Positions 30,166 to 40,021 of a stretch of DNA of 44,226 nucleotides are shown here, piece by piece. The notes under the pieces are model-generated. The model made no database searches and was not told the DNA's origin. It saw only the letters and a list, made by a program, of their open reading frames with translations. The first letter of the stretch is position 1, and each line of letters begins with the position of its first letter. The position numbers and the translations under genes are program-made. Source of the stretch: Promethearchaeota archaeon (lineage in GTDB: Archaea; Asgardarchaeota; Lokiarchaeia; Sigyniarchaeales; SOKP01); contig JBHLPW010000045.1 in NCBI GenBank assembly GCA_048939015.1, positions 1 to 44,226 on the forward strand. Direction: 5' to 3'.

Positions 30166-30987
30166 ATGATTATTTTAAATGAAAACCAATATAATATAAT
30201 GGAAAATTTCCAAAAGTTTCAATTAAGAGGCTTTTCTGTTTCAGAGATTAATACTGAGGGATATATTGAGATTATATTCCAAAAAGGAATTGGAATTTCT
30301 CTTACAACTAAAATTATTGATCTATATAGGGAATCTTTTGTTAATAGAAGACAGGGATATATTAACGATACTATAGGCAATCTTACAGTATATATTCACT
30401 TTTTTGAAAAAGAGAATAATAGTAAACTCATAATAATGTATATAGATAAGATAGAGAATTTAATGAATTTCACAGAACTTTATCATTTATCAAAAAGAAT
30501 ATATGATGGTATAAATCCTAATATTTCTAAAACAGAAGTTAGAAAAATATGTGATAAATTAGTTGATATTCCCATAGCAAAAGGAATTGTAGGTTTATTT
30601 ATTATAGATAAAGCAGGATTTTTGTATTTTTCAAAGGTAAATAAAGATAGAGAATATATGGCTAACAATAATTTCCAAATAGCGGGTTTTATTTCAGCAA
30701 TTTTAATTTATTCTCAGGACTTTATTGCCGGAGGGGAATATGGTTTAAAACTTACAGATATAAATCTTGGAAATGGGTGTCAAATGTTTATAAAAACCAA
30801 GCAAAATGTCATTTTCGCATATATAGTCGAAAAACCAAATTGTTCAGAAAATATCAAAAGATATATGCAATTACTAGTAGAAGAGTTCTTATTTAGGTAT
30901 TATTCATCATATGTAGTTGGGTTTAATGGAGATTTAGCTCCTTTTCACAGTTTTGAGGAAGTAATTGATCGGTATTTTGAAATATGA
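30166..30987 (+). CDS. Longin-like domain protein (possibly tandem longin)
   Basis: C-terminal half GLFIIDKAGFLYFSK...IAGFISAILIYSQ...VIFAYIV...EEFLFRY...FNGDLAPFHSFEEVI follows the longin beta-beta-alpha-beta-beta-beta-alpha pattern. Confidence 0.65.
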   Translation: MIILNENQYNIMENFQKFQLRGFSVSEINTEGYIEIIFQKGIGISLTTKIIDLYRESFVNRRQGYINDTIGNLTVYIHFFEKENNSKLIIMYIDKIENLMNFTELYHLSKRIYDGINPNISKTEVRKICDKLVDIPIAKGIVGLFIIDKAGFLYFSKVNKDREYMANNNFQIAGFISAILIYSQDFIAGGEYGLKLTDINLGNGCQMFIKTKQNVIFAYIVEKPNCSENIKRYMQLLVEEFLFRYYSSYVVGFNGDLAPFHSFEEVIDRYFEI

Positions 30988-31146
30988 CTGATTTTTTTAA
31001 TATATTTTAGATAATTAGTAAATTATTCATATCAACATCCCCATAATAGTTTTAACTATAAAGTCATAATATATATCAATGTTTCATGTATAAACTACAA
31101 AATGTACCTAAAATTATAAATTAGAAAACCAATAAATTATATCATA

Positions 31147-31503
31147 ATGACTGCAACACTTCAGCTTGATTTAGTATTAGATACATTAATAAAAGAATTA
31201 GGTGAGTCTGGATTATATTTTATACTCATTACTTCCGAAAATGGTGCTGTCATAAAATCTCACATCAATCAAGAATTTAATAAGTCATCAATAGGTTTGA
31301 ATATGTCGCAATTATACGAATTGGCTGAAGAAATAACGACAGAAATCGGAGTTCATAGCCCAGATTTCAATGTAATTCATTCAGATAACTTTTATATTCT
31401 TTCAATTAAAATTTTAGAAAATATAATTATCCTACTTACTGAGGATCAAGTTGATTTCTCTACTGTTTTTGAAATAATAAATAGGTGCATAATTACCAAT
31501 TAA
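31147..31503 (+). CDS. Roadblock/LC7 domain protein
   Basis: 118 aa; helix, then FILITSENGAVIKS, helix and three strands. Confidence 0.7.
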   Translation: MTATLQLDLVLDTLIKELGESGLYFILITSENGAVIKSHINQEFNKSSIGLNMSQLYELAEEITTEIGVHSPDFNVIHSDNFYILSIKILENIIILLTEDQVDFSTVFEIINRCIITN

Positions 31504-31651
31504 TTGGTAAAGAATTATTCTCATTCATATTTCATTTCTATTTTCCTCTCCCAAAATTAGAAATGTATAAATATAAAGTAAAAATTTATAAAGTGTTTTA
31601 CAATTATTTAGTGAAATCTTTTGAAAATAATAGAAAATTTTGTGATTTAAT

Positions 31652-32134
31652 ATGAAATATGAAAAAAATCAATATTCTGAGGGTTTCTCAATATGCGCGT
31701 TGATAATTGCTGGTGCTTTCTTTTATTGGGGAATTAGTTCATTTATCCCTTGGAACAAGTGGAGTTTTTGGGGTTTCATAAGTATTGGAATCGGGATTGC
31801 TATTTTATTGAGTCAGATATTTGCAATAACTAATAGAAGCAAATTGAGAAATGTTGTTTTATCAGAATTTCAAGTGAATCCAGAAGCAACGGTAGATGAT
31901 ATTAGTACAAGCACCAGAATTTCCCGAAAGGATGTGTATGCCATTATATTAGATTTAAAAGCTTCTGGTCAATTACAAGGAAAATTTAATACAACCACAG
32001 GACAAATAAAACATTTATCAATACCAAAAACACAAGAGGTTGTTGAAGAACGAGCTAAATATTGTCCTAATTGTGGTACACCTATCACTAAGGATGCCGC
32101 ACAATTCTGTTCATATTGTGGAGCAAATATATAA
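31652..32134 (+). CDS. Membrane protein with 2 TM, a wHTH-like segment and a C-terminal zinc ribbon
   Basis: C-terminal YCPNCG...FCSYCG. Confidence 0.8.
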   Translation: MKYEKNQYSEGFSICALIIAGAFFYWGISSFIPWNKWSFWGFISIGIGIAILLSQIFAITNRSKLRNVVLSEFQVNPEATVDDISTSTRISRKDVYAIILDLKASGQLQGKFNTTTGQIKHLSIPKTQEVVEERAKYCPNCGTPITKDAAQFCSYCGANI

Positions 32135-32217
32135 ATTTTATAATTTTTTTTTCCTTCATTTTAGAAGCTTATCTGATGAAACACAAATATAGTCTTTTCT
32201 GTTCCAATCAAAATAAT

Positions 32218-32230
32218 AAAAAAAAAAAAA
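32218..32230 (-). terminator. Oligo-T terminator of iolN
   Basis: A-run on the + strand immediately after the iolN stop. Confidence 0.55.
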
Positions 32231-32232
32231 TT

Positions 32233-33204
32233 TTAAGGAGGGTATCTTAGTTCATAAATACTTTTTCCACCATTTAGAGGTCCTTTTATGTAAGGTTCAA
32301 TTTCTTTCGGGTCTCTTTGAGTAATTCCTTCAATAGGGGGTAATTTTCCAGGAGGAAAAGTGTTTAGTATATCATTAACCAGTTTTTCAAGGTAATCGAG
32401 AAATGCTTCCATACCAGGTTTACCTTTTTCAAAAGTTGCTTTACTAGGGCATCCTACATGACCCTCTGGATAAGCAGATACTTCAATAGGACCAAATCCA
32501 ACTTGTCCATACCATTTAATAGGCCGTTGATAAATATTTCCCGCTTTATCTACATGTCCTTCTGGCATCCAACCTATTGGAGTATTATCATTACATTCAT
32601 CTATTTTTTTCACCATTTCAGGAAATAGTGTCATTGAGAAAGATGTTTCAGCTTCATCAGCGTGAATAAATGGTGTTTCAAATGGACCACTATGTTCTTG
32701 ATCCATACAATATTGTGGAATTGCATGGTACCAATTAACATTACATACAACCATAGGTAATTGATAATTCTTTGCAAATTCATGTATAGCACTTGGAATA
32801 ACATATTCTTGGCCATGTCCGTTTAGTAATATCATTTTTCTAAAACCCATATTCCAACATCCAGCCATTACTGATCTTAATAGAGATTTAAATGTTTCTT
32901 CGGGGACTATGATAGTTCCAGGCATTCCTACGTGATGATATGGATGTGATCCATACCAAGTTGGTTGAGCAACTGTACATCCAGTTTTCTGTGCCACTAA
33001 TTCTGCCATTCGTGTGACTAAGAATGTATCTTCTCCAATGCAAGCTGCTGGACCATGATTTTCAGTAGAGCCACAAGGAATAATAATAAGATCATTCTTT
33101 TTTACCCTTTCTTTAATTTCTGCGATAGACATTGTTTGAAGATAGATACCACTTGGTTTGTCCATGTGACCAAATTCTTTGGGAGGTAGATTCCAATCTG
33201 TCAT
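32233..33204 (-). CDS. iolN: 3-dehydro-scyllo-inosose hydrolase (creatininase family)
   Basis: GIYLQTM, GSTENHGP, GEDTFLVTRMAE, HPYHHVGMPGT, TPFIHADEAETS; closely resembles Thermotoga IolN as I recall it. Confidence 0.9.
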   Translation of the reverse strand: MTDWNLPPKEFGHMDKPSGIYLQTMSIAEIKERVKKNDLIIIPCGSTENHGPAACIGEDTFLVTRMAELVAQKTGCTVAQPTWYGSHPYHHVGMPGTIIVPEETFKSLLRSVMAGCWNMGFRKMILLNGHGQEYVIPSAIHEFAKNYQLPMVVCNVNWYHAIPQYCMDQEHSGPFETPFIHADEAETSFSMTLFPEMVKKIDECNDNTPIGWMPEGHVDKAGNIYQRPIKWYGQVGFGPIEVSAYPEGHVGCPSKATFEKGKPGMEAFLDYLEKLVNDILNTFPPGKLPPIEGITQRDPKEIEPYIKGPLNGGKSIYELRYPP

Positions 33205-33249
33205 ATTTAATCACAAAAATTTGTCTATAGAATAGAATGAATTATCAGT

Positions 33250-34068
33250 TTAAACTTTTAAAGTTATTGGCTTTATTCCCCCTTTTTTGCCAAATGTTGG
33301 AATGAACCAAATATACGAACAAAATTTCAGATTTTTATAAAAAGGTTTAGCAAAATTAATATGCCCTAAGTGTCCTGGAAAAAATAACCCATCACCATTT
33401 GAGAGATCCTTGCAAACAGATTGTCCTTTAGAATTTATTAAATATTGGGTGATAGCATAATTATCATCATCAATAAGAAAAATATAAACTTCAGGAAAAT
33501 CTGGATGAACATGAGAGTAGATTTCAACATTTTTCATTTTCTTATTCGTTTCTAAATTGACACTAGTAACTACACCTGTTTTTAGAGATTCATTAGGAAT
33601 ATTTGTAATACCGGACATGAAATACTCATCATTAAAAGCAGTCCATACAGTTCTAAATGTTGCCATTTTTTCATTTGAACAAGGTTCACCTCGAGGGACA
33701 AATTTTTCTAGATCATATCTTTGAATTTCAAAGATTTTATCAACCGTCTTTTCAATAGTATTGAAGATTAATATAATTTTACACTCTGAATTGGATTTCC
33801 CAATAATCGAAAATTCTTTTCCTGGAGGAATAAAAAAAATGTCAAATTGATTTAAATGGGATTCTACTTCATTAATTATCAAAGAACCATCACCCAATAA
33901 TAAACTTCCATTTAAAATTTGATTTTTTTCTGTTTTTATCTTTATCTTTGAGTTGAAATAATAGTACAGTACTTTTACCCTATACATTTTTCTATCAATG
34001 GCTTTTTGTTTTGGATCTTCAAAGAAATAAGAAACCATATCTGATTTAGTTAAAGAACTCCCTTTCAT
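33250..34068 (-). CDS. Bicupin protein, IolB/KduI-like sugar-acid isomerase
   Basis: Cupin metal ligands HVHPDFPEVY and GDGLFFPGHLGH; lies inside the iol cluster. Confidence 0.6.
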   Translation of the reverse strand: MKGSSLTKSDMVSYFFEDPKQKAIDRKMYRVKVLYYYFNSKIKIKTEKNQILNGSLLLGDGSLIINEVESHLNQFDIFFIPPGKEFSIIGKSNSECKIILIFNTIEKTVDKIFEIQRYDLEKFVPRGEPCSNEKMATFRTVWTAFNDEYFMSGITNIPNESLKTGVVTSVNLETNKKMKNVEIYSHVHPDFPEVYIFLIDDDNYAITQYLINSKGQSVCKDLSNGDGLFFPGHLGHINFAKPFYKNLKFCSYIWFIPTFGKKGGIKPITLKV

Positions 34069-34207
34069 TTTTCAGATCTCACTAGTTATTTAACTTAATT
34101 TAAGGAGAATTTATTTTTCTTTTTTTTCTATTTTTAGACATTATTACTTAATATTATTATATAGGTAAAGTATTATCCTATTCAAATTTCAAATTGAATA
34201 TTAAATT

Positions 34208-35020
34208 ATGAAACTAAGTATTGTTTCAGGATTAAATGAATTCAAAAAAACTCAAGATGAAGTCTTAAAGCAATTTGCAGAATTATGTGATTTTTTAAAT
34301 TCTTTGAACTATAATGGAATTGAATTATCTCTTCTTGAACCAGAGAAAATCAATATTGACAAAATAAATGATATTAAGGAATCATATGATTTTGAGATTT
34401 CTGCTATTGGGACTGGCAGTACTTATATACGTTTTGGATATTCACTAGGTCATCAAAATGAGCAGATAAGGCAAAAGGCAATTCAAAGAATTCAGCGTTA
34501 TTTAGATTTTGCACAAAAAATTGAATCAAAAGTTATAATTGGATTAATTCGGGGAAGGTATAATTTTGAGAGTAGTTTAAAAAAGGAAAAAAATTATGTT
34601 AAAACATCTCTTACGGAATGTTGCCGTTTAGCAGAAAATTTTGGAGTATTATTATTATTTGAACCAATTAATAGATTTGAATTAGATTCATATAATACAA
34701 TATCGGAATCAGTAAAGTTAATAGAAAAAATTGGTTCAGAGAACTTAAAATTATTAGTAGACTCATTCCACACATATTTAGAGGAGGATCCCGGCTATAT
34801 TTGGGATTATTTGGAAGAAATAACTCCTTATGTGGCACACATACATCTAGCAGATTGCACTCGTAGAGCTCCGGGAACTGGTCATTTTGATTTTAAAACT
34901 TTTCTTAATATTTTTAAAAAGTCAGGATATGATGGTTTTGCTTCAATAGAAACAATAATGAAACCTTCATTCGAAGATGTTGCGAAAGAATCATCAGAAT
35001 ATTTACATTTAATCATATAG
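34208..35020 (+). CDS. iolO: 5-keto-L-gluconate epimerase (xylose isomerase-like TIM barrel)
   Basis: SAIGTG, VIIGLIRGR, EPINRFE, DSFH, HIHLAD, RRAPGTGH. Confidence 0.82.
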   Translation: MKLSIVSGLNEFKKTQDEVLKQFAELCDFLNSLNYNGIELSLLEPEKINIDKINDIKESYDFEISAIGTGSTYIRFGYSLGHQNEQIRQKAIQRIQRYLDFAQKIESKVIIGLIRGRYNFESSLKKEKNYVKTSLTECCRLAENFGVLLLFEPINRFELDSYNTISESVKLIEKIGSENLKLLVDSFHTYLEEDPGYIWDYLEEITPYVAHIHLADCTRRAPGTGHFDFKTFLNIFKKSGYDGFASIETIMKPSFEDVAKESSEYLHLII

Positions 35021-35108
35021 AAAAGAATTAACAAATAAAAAATAAAGAATTATCAGGTTTAGAAGTTATTTTATTTCTATTACTTTTTTCACACTAGTTT
35101 GAGTAGTA

Positions 35109-36287
35109 TTAAGCTATCTTTACTGAAATTTTACAGTTTTCTTTATCTGTTTGTAAAATTTTTAGGAATTCAGGCACTTTATCAAGAGATATTTCTTTTG
35201 TAATCATTGGTGTCATATCCATTCCAGCAGCCATACAATTTATTACATTTGGAAAATTACCGTGACCAGAATGACCTTGAGATCCTACAATACGAGCTCT
35301 CCTTACTTGGAAATATTCACCACAAACTGGCATATTTTGTTCTGCTCTAGCTACAATAACTACAGTGCTATTCACAGTTTTACATTCCCATATAGCATTT
35401 TGGATGTCACTTGTTACAATATCTGGTAATCCTGTTGCTTCAAGATATATCGCAGCTCCTTCATTATCCGTGTATTCTTTTACTTTTTCAACAAAATTTT
35501 CATGAAGAGGATTAATAACATAATCAGCGCCCATTTTTTTAGCTAATGAAGCTCTACTCTTTTCAGGTTCTGATACAATTGATACTGCAGCTCCAGCAGT
35601 TTTCAGAATTTTTACAGCTGCCAAACCAATTGGTCCAGCTCCTAAAATTATTACATTCTCCCCTGGACGAATTCCGCCACCTCTTTCAATAACTGCGTTA
35701 TACGCCACTGAAGTTGGTTCTACTAAGCTGCCTATTTTAAAAATATCATCATATTTATCCTCTAATTTTTTTAAACTCCAACACAATTTCGCGGGAACTG
35801 CTATATATTCAGCATAAGCACCATCGATCGAAAATCCAATTTCTTGCAATCTTTCACAATGATTTGGATATCCATCACAACAAGGCTTACATTCGCCACA
35901 CCAAACCATTTCTTCAACTGTTACAGGTTCTCCCTTCTCATATAGTTTACCCGTCCTTTTATTAATAGCTGAAGTTCCAACCTCAACAACTTCCCCTGCA
36001 AACTCATGTCCAAGAGTTACTGGAAAAGCTGTTAATCCTGGGTAATAAATATATCCATCCTCATATGTCTGTGCCATGTGTACATCACTTCCACATATGC
36101 CACACCGCTTAACCTTAATAAGGACTTCATTAGATTTGATTTGAGGTTTTTCTCTTTCCACAACCCTAACTACAGGTTTTTTCCAAACCTGAGAACCTAA
36201 ATATGTTAACTTATGTTCAATATCCTTACTTCCGAGTTTAAAAGTCGATTTAGGATCCCATTCTGCTGACAATTCAACTGCTTGCAT
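35109..36287 (-). CDS. iolM: scyllo-inosose 3-dehydrogenase (Zn-dependent MDR)
   Basis: WDPKSTFKLGSKDIEHKLTYLGSQVW, CGICGSDVH, GHE, CGECKPCCDGYPNHC, GSQGHSGHG. Confidence 0.92.
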   Translation of the reverse strand: MQAVELSAEWDPKSTFKLGSKDIEHKLTYLGSQVWKKPVVRVVEREKPQIKSNEVLIKVKRCGICGSDVHMAQTYEDGYIYYPGLTAFPVTLGHEFAGEVVEVGTSAINKRTGKLYEKGEPVTVEEMVWCGECKPCCDGYPNHCERLQEIGFSIDGAYAEYIAVPAKLCWSLKKLEDKYDDIFKIGSLVEPTSVAYNAVIERGGGIRPGENVIILGAGPIGLAAVKILKTAGAAVSIVSEPEKSRASLAKKMGADYVINPLHENFVEKVKEYTDNEGAAIYLEATGLPDIVTSDIQNAIWECKTVNSTVVIVARAEQNMPVCGEYFQVRRARIVGSQGHSGHGNFPNVINCMAAGMDMTPMITKEISLDKVPEFLKILQTDKENCKISVKIA

Positions 36288-36363
36288 CTTTAAATCAAAC
36301 TCATTGACTATTTAATATAATTATATTATATTTACAATAAGAAAAAAAAAATAAAGAAATTTA

Positions 36364-37569
36364 TTATTGATTTTTTGGTTCTTTTATGAAAAATGTTATT
36401 ATTAAAGCAGATAAAAGTAAAACTGCTTGAATTAATAAAGCAGGCCAATAATCGCCATTTATTGTGACATCTTCTAAACCAAGAATAAGTAAAATACCTC
36501 CAACCTGTCCTATCATCATTAGCATTCCATTTGAACTTGCTTCTGGTACTGGTTTTGTTAAATCGACGGCAAATTCAAGCCCTACTGGTCCTGCTGAAAG
36601 TATGCCAAAACCTAAAAGAAATCCAAATGCATTCAACATTAAGCTGTCAGAAGTGAATGTTATTATGAATAGAGAAATCGACGCTATTAAAAGTGAAATA
36701 ATCAGTAGTATTTTTCGTATTTTATATTTATCTGATATTGTTGACATAACAATACATCCTACAATTCCTCCTAATAACATTAAGGCCCCCATTATACCTG
36801 CAAAATTAGGATCATAACCTCTTGGTCCTACAATTCCTTCAATATAAGTAGTAATTGTATTGAAAATTCCGAGTCCTAAGAAGAAAAGAATAAACAGAAT
36901 GATAAATTGTTTATTTATAAATAATTTCTTCAAGCCTTCGGATATTAAAACTTTCTCTTCTATAATTTCTTTGGTAGGCGGTGTTGGTGGTTTATCTTTT
37001 GCGAATAATGTAAATAAGATCCCCATAGCTAAAGATATAATTCCATAAGTTAACAACATTGGCAATAAGTTATTTGTAGTAGTCAGGATTGGAGTAATAA
37101 ACATGCCTAAAGCAATTCCAAGAAATTGGGAGATTAAGGCTAGACCTGTAGAGGTTGTTCTTTCATCATCAGGAAACCAGTTTGCCGATAATTTTGTCAC
37201 TGCATTTAAAATAAAAGGTTGTCCGACACCAATTCCTATTTGATAAATTAATACCAATGAATAGTCATTATATGCAGTAAATCTTAATAGACCAAAAATT
37301 CCAGCTATAAGTGCTCCTATACCAGCACCTATTCTAAATCCATACTTATCAATAACCCATGTTGATAAGAAGGTAATTGGAATATATACAATCATAAAAC
37401 TCATGGCCAATAAATCAATTAAAAGCGCATCCACACTGTAAAAAGTTACAGCTATGCTTCTTACTGGTGCAAAACTTATCCATAGCATTTGTAGTATAAT
37501 ATTTTCTAACATAAACAACAAAAGAACTATCCAACGAAATCCATAAATTTGAATATTAGTCTCACTCAT
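36364..37569 (-). CDS. MFS transporter, SLC49/FLVCR-like N-terminus
   Basis: About 12 TM; YGFRWIVLLLF...MLWISFAP, GQPFILN, SANWFPDDERT. Confidence 0.85.
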   Translation of the reverse strand: MSETNIQIYGFRWIVLLLFMLENIILQMLWISFAPVRSIAVTFYSVDALLIDLLAMSFMIVYIPITFLSTWVIDKYGFRIGAGIGALIAGIFGLLRFTAYNDYSLVLIYQIGIGVGQPFILNAVTKLSANWFPDDERTTSTGLALISQFLGIALGMFITPILTTTNNLLPMLLTYGIISLAMGILFTLFAKDKPPTPPTKEIIEEKVLISEGLKKLFINKQFIILFILFFLGLGIFNTITTYIEGIVGPRGYDPNFAGIMGALMLLGGIVGCIVMSTISDKYKIRKILLIISLLIASISLFIITFTSDSLMLNAFGFLLGFGILSAGPVGLEFAVDLTKPVPEASSNGMLMMIGQVGGILLILGLEDVTINGDYWPALLIQAVLLLSALIITFFIKEPKNQ

Positions 37570-37727
37570 TAAGCTAACACTTTTATTTTTTGATAATAAC
37601 TTTTAATTAATTATTTCAATTTAGACTTACATAAATATAAATCTATAATTCTTAATTAGGAACTTTGCGACAATTATATTTATCTAATTTTCTAAATTTG
37701 TATTTTTAAGGTTTTGAGTGATTTATA

Positions 37728-38753
37728 TTGACAAAAAAGTTTACCGTAGGAGTGATTGGGGCAGGTAGAATTGGAAAAATACATATTGAAAATCTGTTGC
37801 GTAAAGTAGCACATGTCAAGTTAAAAATTGTAGCTGATATACAAATAAATGATAAATTGAGAAAATGGGCAGAAGAAATTGGTGTACCAAAATTAACTAA
37901 TGAACCAAGGGAAATCTTTAATGATTCTGAAATTGAAGTAGTGATAATTTGTTCACCAACAGATACTCACTCTAAATTTATTCAGGAAGCTGCTAAGGTT
38001 AAAAAGCATATATTCTGTGAGAAACCAATTGATACTGATATAAAAAGGATTAAAGAAACCCTTTCAATTGTTAAAAACGCAGGGATAAAACTCATGGTGG
38101 GATTTAATCGACGATTTGATCGTAATTTCATGAGATGTTACGAATCTGTCGCTTCTGGTCAAATAGGTGAACCACAAATCATTAAAATTACTTCTAGAGA
38201 TCCTGCGCCCCCTCCAATAGAGTATATAAAGGTATCGGGAGGTATATTTCTTGATATGTCTATACATGATTGGGATATGGCAAGATTCCAAGCGAGTAGC
38301 GAAGTAGAGGAAGTCTATGCAACTGGATCTGTACTGATTGATCCGAAAATTGGAAAGGCAGGAGATATAGATACTGCTGTTGCAGTTTTGAAATTTAGAA
38401 ATGGAGCTATAGGAATCATTGATAATACTCGTCAAGCTGTATATGGGTATGATCAACGTGTTGAAGTTTTTGGATCTGAAGGATGTATTATAGCAGATAA
38501 TGAAGCAACAAATACAGTTCGTATTTATACTGCTGAATGCACTAATATTGACAAGATTCCATATTTTTTCATGGAAAGATATATAGATTCTTATTCAACT
38601 GAATTGAAATACTTTTTTGATTGCCTAATTAAAGATGTAAATCCTAAACCAGACGGAGAAGATGGCTTACGAAATGTTTTGATCGCATTAGCTGCTCAGA
38701 AATCATATGAAGAGAATCGTCCTGTAAAGATTTCTGAGGTAGAAAACTATTAA
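37728..38753 (+). CDS. iolG: myo-inositol 2-dehydrogenase
   Basis: GVIGAGRIGKIH, HIFCEKP, GFNRRFD, ITSRDPAPP, DMSIHDWDMARF, YGYDQRVEVFGS. Confidence 0.93.
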   Translation: MTKKFTVGVIGAGRIGKIHIENLLRKVAHVKLKIVADIQINDKLRKWAEEIGVPKLTNEPREIFNDSEIEVVIICSPTDTHSKFIQEAAKVKKHIFCEKPIDTDIKRIKETLSIVKNAGIKLMVGFNRRFDRNFMRCYESVASGQIGEPQIIKITSRDPAPPPIEYIKVSGGIFLDMSIHDWDMARFQASSEVEEVYATGSVLIDPKIGKAGDIDTAVAVLKFRNGAIGIIDNTRQAVYGYDQRVEVFGSEGCIIADNEATNTVRIYTAECTNIDKIPYFFMERYIDSYSTELKYFFDCLIKDVNPKPDGEDGLRNVLIALAAQKSYEENRPVKISEVENY

Positions 38754-38801
38754 TTAATAGAAAGATTATAAGTCCATAACAAATTAGAAGGTTGAGTTGT
38801 C

Positions 38802-39344
38802 ATTTCATACGACTTATCTGCATTTAAAGTTCTGATAAGGAAGATTTTTCCACCAAATAAGAGTATTTTCACTGTAGATAGCACTGGTGATGGAAAAACT
38901 GATTCTCTACAAATAAAATTCATTAATCTACTGATACCATTCGTAATTCCTAAAGAAATTGAAATAGGAGATTTCAATATTAAAGAATTTGATCCTACTA
39001 GCCTTGATCTTTCAAATTATGGTAGATTTTTCTTGGATGATATAGAATTGAATTTTTCAAAAGAAAGTGTTAATTTAGATATAATAGAGAGCCGCTTGTC
39101 CATCTTTCATAAAGGAGAATCATTTAATATAAATGATATTATTGGAGGAAAACTAAGTGGTAGGACTATTAAATTAAATGATACTATTAGTCTTCTTATT
39201 AAATTAGAGGATGATACTTTAAAGAAATTTACTAAAGGGTCTCACTACTTCAAAATTGAAAGCGATTTAGTATCAAATTTAAAGATTAATTTCGTATTAG
39301 ATGAGAATAATATGGATATAAAATTTGATCCAGATAATGCATAA
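38802..39344 (+). CDS. Hypothetical protein (about 180 aa, probable ATT start)
   Basis: The frame of track ORF 39033-39344 is open back to 38796; SD-like GAAGGTTGA precedes ATT at 38802. Confidence 0.65.
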   Translation: MSYDLSAFKVLIRKIFPPNKSIFTVDSTGDGKTDSLQIKFINLLIPFVIPKEIEIGDFNIKEFDPTSLDLSNYGRFFLDDIELNFSKESVNLDIIESRLSIFHKGESFNINDIIGGKLSGRTIKLNDTISLLIKLEDDTLKKFTKGSHYFKIESDLVSNLKINFVLDENNMDIKFDPDNA

Positions 39345-39465
39345 TAAGGTATAATAATAAATTACTTAGTAGTTAATGTCTCCCATCTTAAATCTCATCA
39401 TTAGTTTTATGAAATAAATGGGGTTTTTAATATTATTTTTTTAATAATTTTAAGAAGGTGTCATA

Positions 39466-39993
39466 ATGGCAATTACAGAAGCAAAAAATAAGGTAAATAT
39501 TAATACTTCGAAAGTAGAATTTATTTGTCCAGTGTGTAAATCAAAAAAATTAATGGATGTTCCTAATTCTGTTATTGCTGAAGCAAAACAATTAACTACG
39601 ATGTCCATAGCCAGAGGTTTGGTCTGTGATCATCAATTTCAAGCTTTTGTAGATAAAAATTTTCAGGTTCGAGGCTATCAAAGAGTAGATTTCGAATTGG
39701 AATCTAAGGAAAAGAATCAAACCCAATCAAATCTACATCATCATATTAACGATGAAAAGGAACTTTTTGAGAATTTAATTTTAGAGGGTAATTATCTTGA
39801 ATATGCTCTTAAAGGATCTATTAAAAATAAGAAAATCTTCATTGATAAACAAAAAAATTCATCCAATATAAAAGAAATGACTCTTGAAGAAATATATTAT
39901 GAATTTCGGGAATTTATAGATAAAAATAACGAAAACTTTAGAGATTTTATCAATCAAGATTTAAGACAAAATGAACTACAGCTAACTTATTAA
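39466..39993 (+). CDS. Zinc-finger protein (CxxC...CxH)
   Basis: FICPVCK...VCDHQFQAFVDKNFQVRGYQRVDF; SD AGGTG. Confidence 0.75.
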   Translation: MAITEAKNKVNINTSKVEFICPVCKSKKLMDVPNSVIAEAKQLTTMSIARGLVCDHQFQAFVDKNFQVRGYQRVDFELESKEKNQTQSNLHHHINDEKELFENLILEGNYLEYALKGSIKNKKIFIDKQKNSSNIKEMTLEEIYYEFREFIDKNNENFRDFINQDLRQNELQLTY

Positions 39994-40021
39994 TAAAAAT
40001 ACCAAATGAAGAATAATATTA

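Noticed and set aside
38750-38977. 75 aa minus-strand ORF
   Set aside because: Antisense to the extended 38802-39344 frame.
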